Assembly (NCBI GenBank): GCA_951406725.2
Contig: OX597823.1
Location: forward strand, 51,336,001 to 51,400,000
Source: Octopus vulgaris
Taxonomy: Eukaryota
Reading direction: 5' to 3'
DNA length: 64,000 nt
Each line of letters starts with the position of its first letter. Position 1 is the first letter of the stretch. A program made the position numbers and the translations under genes. Below the pieces are notes generated by a model. The model did no database searches, was not told the DNA's origin, and saw only the letters and a list, made by a program, of their open reading frames with translations. Below are positions 53,801 to 64,000 of the stretch, piece by piece.

Positions 53801-54363
53801 CACGACAGAGGTGGTTGTCCGTAAGAAGCAACACGATCGGAATCTGGTATGTGTGTTTTAACATCAAAAGTATTTTCTGCCGTGAACCAAACAGGAGAAA
53901 AAGAGTGTTTCAACCAGAAATTATCTATATCAAACATTTGGATAGAATTTATATAGTTATTTTCTAATCTTTATTTTATGTATTCGTCTTATTTCTGTCC
54001 TTTGGGCCTTATTATTATTAAACCACTTCCTAAAGAGGTGTTTACAAAATCCCCGAAAGTACCCCTCCCTCTTACAAATGCACGCATTTTTTTTTCAGTT
54101 GTTGTTATTGTTTTTATTGCCAAAGCACACGTTCTTAAATGATTTTTGTGTTTGTTTTTACAACAGGCCAGCTATTTAGATTTGCTGAAAGAACAACGAT
54201 TTCCTATTTATTGTAAAAGAGAAGACATTATTTCCCTAAATTTATCCGCATCTTTTATTTATTATTTATTTATTTATCTATTTATGTTCTGGATTTGTTT
54301 TATGTTTCTGACTCTAATTCTGTACAGCACACAGATTTAGAAGCAATCTGAATTCAGTAATTG

Positions 54364-54406
<43 letters not shown>

Positions 54407-54487
54407 TACGTAATACATACATATGTGTGTATACATGCACACACATATATATATATATACGTAACACATACATATATGTGTATAAAC

Positions 54488-54533
<46 letters not shown>

Positions 54534-55404
54534 AGAACTGCAACTAGCCAAGAGCACAAAAGTGATTTGGCTATATACAAAAGAATTCTTTAGCCAATCC
54601 ATCCAAAAATTGGTGCACACAAGCTTTTCTTTTCCAAATCTTAGCATTGATTTACCGAAAAAGAATGATGTAAATAGAATAGAAATCTAGTGATTTCGAT
54701 ATTTGAAATAAATTGATAAAATTAGGTGTCTGTGGTAAATTAGATTATAATAGACGGTTGGAGGCATTTAGGATTCCTGAGTAATTCAGAAAACTCCAAG
54801 CGGTGTATCTAGTTTAGTTTGTTTTATTTATTCTTAGGTATGTTCAAGAGAATTGCCATTCTATCTTAATAGAAAACCGAAACATTTTCTTATGGCTTAG
54901 GGACGGAAATCATGCGTTTACTGCCACGGTAAGAACATCTTATATGGTTGCTCGACCTGCTGTCAAAAGTAGTCAGTTCTCTCTCAAATTACTCTATACG
55001 GACTTGAAATGAGGTATAAAACAACAGGCAATACATTACTAGATACCCTACAAAGAGATAATAGTATCCCTAGATTCAAAACTACTCAATACTGGCTAAC
55101 CAGAGTCAAACAACGACAATGTCGTCTGCTTAGAGAAAACTAATGGGACATAACTCTTCTTCTAGTCTTAAATTGAAAAATACCAATAGTGGTTTTGCTG
55201 AGGTTTACGGCGTTGAAGTATGCAGGAAGCTTCATGAATTTACGAACAAACTTTAGCTTGCTATGAATGGAATATGACTTCATGTGACTTTAACTTAGTA
55301 TGGGTTAAAATTCAAATTTCTCATTCCTCTTTAAAATGTTTTGAAAGGATCGATATGACTGCCTTTGTGATAGTCATGATGATGAGAAGGAGGTGGATGA
55401 TAAT

Positions 55405-56016
55405 AATCCTTCTATAGGCATACGGCCTGAAAGCTGGTGGGAGGAAGGGACAAGTCGATTATATCGACCCCAGTCTTTCACTGGTACTTAATTTATTTAT
55501 CTAGAAAGGATGAAAGGCAAAGTCGACGTCAGCGGAATTTGAACTCGGAACGTAACGAAGGGTGAAATGTCGCTAAGCATTTTGCCAGGCGTGCTAACGA
55601 TGCTGCCAGCTCACCGCCTTAGTCGCAATAATAACGGCTTCAAATTTTTCCACAAGGGCAGCATTTATGGGGGAGGAAGCGAGTCGATTACATCGACCCC
55701 AGTGTTCAACTGGTACTTATTTTATCGACCCCCGAGAGGATAAACGGCAAAGCGACCTCAGCGGAATTTGAAAAACGGACGAAATACTTATTTCTTTACT
55801 ATCCACAAGGGGCTAAACACAGAGAGGACAAACAAGGACAGACAAACGGATGAAGTCGGTTATATCGACACCAGTGCGTAACTGGTACTTATTTAATCGA
55901 CCCCGAAAGGATGAAAGGCAAACTCGACCTCGGCGGAATTTGAACTCAGAATGTAACGGCTGACGAAATACCGCTAAGCATTTCGTCCAGCGTGGTAACG
56001 TTTCTGCCAACTCACC
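55405..56016 (-). mobile_element. Three head-to-tail SINE family A copies with three different tails
   Basis: Tails taggcatacggcctgaaa, ttcaaatttttccacaagggcagc and tttctttactatccacaaggggctaaac. Confidence 0.9.
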
Positions 56017-57519
56017 ACAATAATAATAATAATGAATGATTGAAGTATTCTTCTATATTTCGTTTATTAATTAAGGCACATGAGTTGACACAGACAACGA
56101 TGAATCGACTTAAAGCTCTAATGCAACTTTGCACGCCACTGATTTTACTGAAAAATAATGTTTTCTATAACATGATGTTTTACATTCATTGACGAAAATG
56201 AGAATGAAGGAAATGGTGATAAACGATACACGGTAAGATATGTTGATGACGGAAGAAATCCAAATAATTCTAAGATCTCACAGATCTGTTAAAATAAAAA
56301 CCAGTAAGTTACAAGAAGCTATTCAATCCAACCACCATAGTAAATAGGTGTTCGTAGAAAAATATCATAGATAAAACAACAAATCCCTTGTTGCTTAGAA
56401 AGAAATCGATATTGATTTTCTAGTATAGATTTTCATATGGTAAAAGCTATTTTAGTTTATTGCAAACAGGAGGCCCCTCCGACTATTGTATGAACATACC
56501 AATGCGTTTAATGGAACAGTAACAAAATATATGACAGGTTGAATAATACGAAGTCTAATGTTGATTAAAGAGAATGGCAAGTTAAACGATTAAAAAGGAC
56601 TTGTGACGGCGGGGTTTGAAAATTGGAGAAAAGCTGATGCTTGCATTCTTACAACTGAAGAAAACCACACCTGATCAAAAATAAATAAATAAATAAAGTA
56701 AAACAGCGCCAGAGCAACAATGCGGAACAAGTGTCTTCAAACGCAATTGCTACCGCGTCGGATTCTTTAGCAACAATAGACGATGCTTTGCCAGACGAAT
56801 GAAGCAAGACTTTCCCAGTGCAGATTATATTGGCCGCAAGACTAACGGAAGGCACACAGATGGAGATAAGGACGACGACGATGATCTTGATGATGATGGT
56901 GGTGGTGGTTTCGAAGAGGAATAATATAAATTTGGTGAAAAGAAAGAGGAAAAATAATGGCAATGACAATAACATTGATTGTTAAAAACAACAGATAGTA
57001 AAAGATGCGATGCAGGATATTGAAATTATAGGGCCATCAGTGCAGCTACTGTAGACTGCTGCTGCTATCGTCGTAGTCTTCGTTGTTGTCCTAGTTGATT
57101 AACTACACGCTAACTCTGACTGAGCAAATTTATGATAACAAGCGGTGAATTGGCGGGTTAGTAGAACAAAATTTATTCCAGGTCCCTGCATTCTGGGCTC
57201 AAATCTCTCCAAAATCACCTTTATCTTTCATCCTTTCAGGGCCGACGAAATAAGCACAATTCCAGGTCGGTGGATTGTAAGAATTATTGAAGTGTCACTC
57301 AATATACCTTCTGACGCTTTACCTTTCTGAGTTTTGGGGCAGTAGGTTTAATCTGTTACACGAACGACCACATTTCCAGTTTTAAAATAAATGCCTTTTT
57401 GCCCCCGACCCAAAACAAACGCGCTGAAAGGGTCAAGGGCACTTAGCATCTTAACGAAATAGTAAAATAAAACAGAAATCGTCTTTTTGCGGGGGTATTT
57501 CTAATTTTTATTTTTTCTT

Positions 57520-57965
57520 TGTTTCAGACATCGGACGGCGGCTAAGCTGGGGCACCGCATCGAAAGGTTTTAGTCGAATGAATTGAACCTTGTAATTTTT
57601 TTAATGCCTGGTACTTATTTTATTACACCCTGATGCAGAACTGCTGTTACGGGAACGTACACAAACCAACACTAGCTATCATACACAAAGGCACATACAT
57701 ATACATACATATATATAGAGATGCATACATACACGTACATGTATATAAAGACATTTATGTTTATATGTATAGTCGTGCGTGTGTGTGTAGATAGATTAGA
57801 TAGACGACCGATGTCTTTCATCTTCCGTCTACCAAATCTATTCACAAAGCATCAGTCGCTCTTATGTTTTTAATAGAAAATACGTGCCCAAGGTGCTCCG
57901 CAGTGAGACTGAATCTGGAATCATGTGCTTGGGAAACAAACGTCTTACTACACAACGATGCTTGC
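57520..57965 (-). mobile_element. SINE family B, diverged
   Basis: gtttcagac...ctggggcaccgc tail; ccgtctaccaaatc...gcccaaggtgctccgcagtgagactgaa head region. Confidence 0.8.
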
Positions 57966-58025
57966 ACTTAGTAAACAACCACTGCGGATAGGATTCAAAC
58001 CCGTGTAGGTATAACCCATTGGATT

Positions 58026-58221
58026 TGAGCTGGCCGAAACGTTAGCACGCCGGGCGAAATGCGTAGCCGTACTTCGTCTGCCGTTAGGTTCTGAGTTCAA
58101 ATTCCGCCGAGGTCGACTTTGCCTTTCATCCTTTCGGGGATGATTAAATAAGTACCAATTACGCACTTAATCCGTTTGTTTGTCCTCTGTGTTTAGCCCC
58201 TTGTGGGTAGTAAAGAAATAG
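58026..58221 (+). mobile_element. SINE family A
   Basis: gagctggccgaaacgttagcacgccgggcg...gccccttgtgggtagtaaagaaatag. Confidence 0.9.
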
Positions 58222-59847
58222 GGTTTCAAGTTCAACGACTCAATCAGTCGGCCACTCGAAATAAGTTATCTAATGCGAATAGAGACAATAGTATGTGGAT
58301 TTGAGACAAATTTGGCGAGTATATCTAGCAGATCCAATAACCAAGTAGAGGCTCTGTTAATGGCTTTTATTGCAGCCGCTGCTGCTGCTGCCGCTGTCAT
58401 TCCTTACTTAACTTTGTTACTGTTTCCGTCTTGTTTATTGCTACCTGTGTTTATGTTACTGTTGTTACGATTACTGCTACTGTTACCATAGAATCATTGA
58501 ATCAACTGCATTACTGTTGATGCTAGTGCAGCTTCTAACATTGCTTTTGCTACTATTGTGACAGTTGTTAATGATACTACTGCTGCCAGTGATGACGATA
58601 ATGATGATTGTGGTTGTGGAAACGCTGGTGGGGATACTGATAAAGATTGCTGAGGCTGCTTCAGTAGTAGAGGTGGTGGTGGTGGGTGGCATTATTTGTG
58701 GTGGTAAAATGCTCATAAATATAACTGGTGAATATTGAGCCGTTCAGCGATATAAGCTTGGAAAAGTGAATTAGTCCTAAACATAACTAGGGAAGACCGA
58801 ATTGGTCATAAATTGTCTTGATTTCAATCGACTTTTGAGAATGGTGTTAGAGACTTGGCAGTTGAAAACACAGCCAAGCAGAATAACAATGCTGGTTCTC
58901 TTGTCCAAGAGGAAAGAAAATAAACTCTTGAAAAAATAATTAAACCCAAGTCGAAGAGCTAAAGTAAAATGTCTGACTAGTAGCTGTGATGTCAGTGTTG
59001 CTAATATATGAGACAGCTTCTTAGCCACATACACAAAACATAAATAAATGAATAGAAAGAAACTCAGGAGGTGTTAGTTGTGCTGGAATTGTTGGTGGTA
59101 ATGCTAATGGTGAGGGTGATTGGGAAGGAAATGGATAAACAAAGCTAAAATTAAGGAAGATAAAACTTAGGGCAGGAAAGCTATCTCTGTAAAAACAGAT
59201 AGGCAAAAGGAAAATGACTCGTAAAGCTGTCATCGAGCTAAAGAGCTGTCATGGCAGAGAAACTGTCACCGATGATGAATAATTTTCCGTGTTGGCCTTA
59301 GTGGCCAGTTCTTAGCCTCTGAACTTAATCTATATGACAATCCCTCCCCATTTAGCTATCTTTCCATTCGTTAAGCTGCCAAGGCCTTCATTAAGTTGTC
59401 CAACCTAATCAATCTTAATTTGCTCTCAGTCTTATTTTGGTTAATTACTGAATCGTACGTACATTGGATTGAAAACTGGTCAGTCGTAATTCTTGGAACT
59501 TGTTACTTCCCTTCTTTTTTTTTTTTTTTCACTATTTGCGGTTTTTCTTTATATCTCTTAAAACTCGCTTCTATGTTTAGCTATCAATACATAAAACACA
59601 TCTAGTGGCTATAAAACCTGAAAACTGCAAAGAAAAGCGGAAGATGCTATTTATTTACTCTACTGAAAAGAAAGGTTATGTTTTCTGTCCGTTTACTTTC
59701 TAAATTTATTGCCTGATCTCTATCGTATTTTTTAAGATGTAAGTCTCATCCTTTGCCACGCGCTATGAGTCAGTCCACTTTGAAGTCAGTAAGATCCCCA
59801 GATATTCTTACTGGATTTATAATAAACACGTAATATATATATATATA

Positions 59848-61165
59848 TTAAGGTATGTAGAAAAATACAACATGGACAAGAACGTATAACTCTTAGAAGA
59901 CGATACAATAAACACGGACAGGACATTCGAAACCCTCAGTCTTCAGTCAAGAACCGGATCATCGTAGTAATTTCGGCTGATTAATCTTGAGATTACTAGA
60001 TCACGGCCAGCCCTCCAAGAAAAACTAAGCAACGAGCATTAGAAAAACTAAGCTGGAAGCGTAGATTTCCTGGAAGAAGGATCGAATGCATACGAACACT
60101 AGGACAGCAAAAGGGACAGATATAAAAAAAACAAAAAACAATAATGGAATACAGAAACATGAAATACAGAAGCATTAACGGTGAAAACAACAAGTGTCTT
60201 ACGACTGATAACAAGCAATCAAATTTTTTCTCTGGCGCATTGGAAGAAGCCTTTATAGCGGCGGACGAAAAACAACGATGTTAACACGACGAGGGTCAGG
60301 AGCTGAAAGGCAGATTTCGGCCAACAGTCACGTGACAGAGAAGAGGGAAAAGAAAAGAAAGAGAAGCAAAGGAAGAGAGAGAGAGAGAGAGAGAGAGAGG
60401 AGGGACAAACGCAACAAAGAGAGAGAAGAGAGAGAAAGAAGGAATCAGAGAAGAGAAGGGATGGGTGTCGAAGAATGACCTGTGAGTGCAGAGCGAGACA
60501 AAGAAATAGGAGGGTAGTGGAAGACTAGACCAAAGAATCAGAGGAAAGAGAAGAGAAAAAGAGGATGAGTAGAGAGAAAAGAGAGAGAGGGGGACAGATC
60601 AAGTAAAAATGAGAGAGAGAGAAACAAACAGAGAGTCGTACCAATTATTAAGAATATGTGCTCACATTAATGTTAAGGGGGGTACGGGGCGCCTGGAATA
60701 TATGTTAAGGTATGTAGAAAAATACAACATGGACAAGAACGTATAACTCTTAGAAGACGATACAATAAACACGGACAGGACATTCGAAACCCTCAGTCTT
60801 CAGTCAAGAACCGGATCATCGTAGTAATTTCGGCTGATTAATCTTGAGATTACTAGATCACGGCCAGCCCTCCAAGAAAAACTAAGCAACGAGCATTAGA
60901 AAAACTAAGCTGGAAGCGTAGATTTCCTGGAAGAAGGATCGAATGCATACGAACACCAGGACAGCAAAAGGGACAGATATAAAAAAAACAAAAAACAATA
61001 ATGGAATACAGAAACATGAAATACAGAAGCATTAACGGTGAAAACAACAAGTGTCTTACGACTGATAACAAGCAAACAAATTTTTTCTCTGGCGCATTGG
61101 AAGAAGCCTTTATAGCGGCGGACGAAAAACAACGATGTTAACACGACGAGGGTCAGGAGCTGAAA
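59848..61165. mobile_element. Unclassified young element: 461-bp direct repeats (59848-60308 and 60705-61165) around a purine-rich spacer, inserted in (TA)n
   Basis: Two copies at offset 857 with only 2 substitutions seen by eye; TA runs on both outer flanks. Confidence 0.8.
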
Positions 61166-61594
61166 TATATATATATATATATAACTCCGATTATATTCAA
61201 GGCTATATAAATACACCGGGTTGTCCAGTCTTATTGTGATACTTTTGGAGACATAACTTTTGTGATTTTGCAATCAAAATGAATACATTAATTGGTGTAG
61301 ATTAATTAATTTTTTTTAAGTATCACAATCAGTGATTGAGAGGAGATAGATATTATTTCTGGGTTCCTTCAGTTAACGAAAGTCTTCACTCTCGGGCAAT
61401 TTATTCAGCTTCTTCCGTGTTCGTTACTATTTCAAAGGATAATCCCCCCAAAATACATCTTATGTATTAAAAGAAATACATTTTATGGAAGTTGTGAAAT
61501 ACTTGACACACGTGTTTTTGTTGGAAAGGGGTGTTGCCATACGCGGTGGTTTCGGGCAGAGGTAGAATGTCGGACACAATAAGTTTCAATAGTT

Positions 61595-61910
61595 AAGGCG
61601 ATTGGCTTTTTAGGGCATTCGGGTCACGATCGTAAGGTCATGAGTTCGATTCCTGACGACGCGTGGTGTCCTTGAGCAAAACACTTTTTTTCACGTTGCT
61701 TTAGTCCATTCAGCTAGCAGAAAATGAGTTGTACCTGTATTTCAAAAGGCCATCCTTGTCAAACTTTGTGTCACCATGAATCTCACTGTGAATTATTTTA
61801 AAGGTATGCGTGTCTGTGGAGTGCTCAGCCACTTGCATGTTAATTTCACGAGCAGGCTGTTGTGTTTATCGGATCAACTGGAACCCTCGTCGTCGTAACC
61901 GATGGAGTAC
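61595..61910 (+). mobile_element. SINE family C
   Basis: Colinear with 30051-30366; gagttcgattcc B box. Confidence 0.88.
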
Positions 61911-61959
61911 TAGTTAAAATTTCGATATATCTTCTTCCAGTTGTTTATTTTCTGAGCTC

Positions 61960-62260
61960 AAATGCTACAGATGTCAATTGTGCTTTCACTTTGGAAGTTG
62001 ATCCATGTCTTTTTAAAAAAAATATTTTTAAGGTCATCACTGATGACGAAAGCTGGTGTTATGGAATTTGCAGGTGTAGAAGAGGTGAATTAAAAATCGA
62101 CGGAGACGTTAAAATGCATCAATTCGCAAGAGTTCCAGTATCCTGGACCGATGCATTGCTGCAAAAGGAGGATAATCTGAAGGCGATAAAAGTGTAAATA
62201 TGTAAAAGTAAGTGAATAAAATAATATTGCAAAATTCCGGTTTCTTTTGAGTACCCCTCG
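61960..62260 (+). mobile_element. Internally deleted mariner remnant
   Basis: FKVITDDESWCYG, C-terminal RCIAAK...EGDK, and TIR-like attccggtttcttttgagtacccctcg. Confidence 0.7.
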
Positions 62261-63623
62261 GAAACAAAAGCCAGCTGTTTGGTTAGACTGAAAGGTCCGG
62301 GGTTGCTGAAGTGACACACGTTGAAACACAAGTATTCCAGAAACCGCTTTGACATTGAGTCGAGTGTGTCGAACACACCATTCTCATAACAAAGAGAAGT
62401 TTTTCTCCTTTGACGTACGCTACAGTGACATGTATATTTTGCTTAAGAACTTGCCAAGACGTATTAAAAATAAATAAGCAAATATTCATCTCAGATCGCG
62501 CTGTACCACGGTACAAATAGCGTTTTTATACATGTATTTCCTTAACAAAAACATAAATTACATGCTTACACAAAGGTATGAAACAAGCCTCATTTTTAAT
62601 TTGAATACTTAGACAAGGTATCTTTTGCACCATTTCACGGAAAAGCGGTCTACCTTTAAGGGAACTGTTGCAACAAGTAACACATTTGACATACAGTTTA
62701 TCCCTATTATTTTGATTATTCATTATGTTATTACAATTATATCGTGATGCCTTTTAATTTTACACTGTTGAAATAATTTTTTTAGTTTTTTTTTTTCTCA
62801 TTCTAATTAGGCTTAAATCCTAATTAGTTTTTCGGCTTTCTTTTTTACCAACTATCCTAAAATATAAATCCACTTTCAATTCATTTCTGCTTTTTTCTTA
62901 ATACATCGAACTTAGACATCTACCCCTATTTTTAGAATACAGACAAATGTGCATGCACACACAAACACACACATGCACACTTACACAGGCATACCGCATG
63001 GACATATATAACGAGTATTTGTTATTTCCTCTGTAAAGCTGCAAGTTGAAACTTTAGCACTTGAGAAGCAGTATATTCACTTATAATAAATATGTTGGTC
63101 TCCACTACATCCAAAATAACAAAGACTTGCGCTCCTTATGCTGATACGTTTTCGATTAAATACTTGCAGTGACCTACTCATATATGCATGTATGTCTCTA
63201 AGTCTATGTATATAAATGCACAACGAAATTTATAGCAGATTTTCCCTTGCTCTTACGACAAACGCCAGCTTCCTTTTATTTTTCTATTTATAATAATTTT
63301 ATCGTTTTGTTTCACTCAATGCATTACCTTTTTATCTTTTTGCTCATTACATGCATTAATTTACTGGCATTACTGTTACACTTTACAGTTTAATCTTCTT
63401 TGGTTACAAGATTCTCTTTGAATTACCCTGATCTTTTCATATCTTGCCAAAGTAATTCGAGAAATTTTAAATTTTATTTTGAATTTAGTATTTTACGCCC
63501 TCAAACCCGTCCCTTCTGTTCCTTTCCATTTTCATCTTTTTAATAGTTGCACTTTGTCTCTATCTTCCACTTAGTGTTTTACTAATTTTGTAAGCTGTTT
63601 CACCATTGTTACTTCTTATAGAT

Positions 63624-63880
63624 CAGTGTTTCCCAACCATTTCTTTTTACCTATGGACCTCTTTTGTTTCTGTTCTATTCTGGGGGACCTCCATAATAAT
63701 TCGATGTTTAAAAAAACTAGTTTTATACACACTTCTTTCAAAATTCCAATTTTGTTTTTCACATACTAACTTGCGTAGGTTTAACTATGTATAACATTAG
63801 AGAAAGAAACCTAGCTGTTTCTTGCAATAAATACACATGGAGCAAAATGTTTTCATGGACCCTTAAAATACTACTGTGGA
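63624..63880. mobile_element. Possible decayed hAT-type MITE
   Basis: Starts cagtgtttcccaacc (hAT TIR-like) with repeated ggacc subterminal motifs; no clear second TIR. Confidence 0.4.
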
Positions 63881-63916
63881 TAACACCCACCACCCAATCT
63901 ATTATTTTGCTTATGT

Positions 63917-64000
63917 AAGGCGGCGAGCAGGTAGAATCGTTAGCACGCCAGGCAAAATGCTTAGCAGTATTTCGCCCGTCTTTACGTTCCGAGTTCAAAG
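63917..64000 (+). mobile_element. SINE family A 5' part (runs off the window)
   Basis: aaggcggcgagcaggtagaatcgttagcacgcc...gagttcaaa. Confidence 0.88.

Noticed and set aside
53562-53937. Poly-A/T/Q/C ORFs (also at 56649 and 58273-58716)
   Set aside because: Trinucleotide low-complexity tracts without exon signals
62035-62060. CTGATGA-C-GAAA hammerhead-like string
   Set aside because: No stem II and no UH site; it is the coding sequence of the mariner ITDDESW motif

Overview
AT-rich eukaryotic DNA dense in repeats and microsatellites. It is very probably Octopus or a related coleoid cephalopod, an inference from my recognition of the tRNA-derived SINE families. I see no convincing multi-exon host gene; nearly all ORF-track entries are translations of microsatellites or SINEs. 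Retroelements: a young 5'-truncated CR1-clade LINE with a 525-aa open RT frame and 7-bp TSD, decayed R4/Dong-type and other LINE RT fragments, and dozens of SINEs in 3-4 families. DNA elements: a full-length decayed mariner, several mariner/maT remnants and MITEs, a 2.6-kb hAT (Charlie/Buster-like) element with TIRs and 8-bp TSD, and a probable non-autonomous Helitron. Most noteworthy: (i) four unrelated short elements each carrying a minimal type I hammerhead-ribozyme motif (Penelope/retrozyme-like), mostly at (TA)n tracts, one folded into a long hairpin; (ii) a CR1 LINE and a SINE family sharing a 3' tail with a covarying stem-loop; (iii) a 372-bp local inverted duplication; (iv) a very young 857-bp-period partial tandem element; (v) one candidate first coding exon. 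All calls are by eye and boundaries of decayed repeats are approximate.
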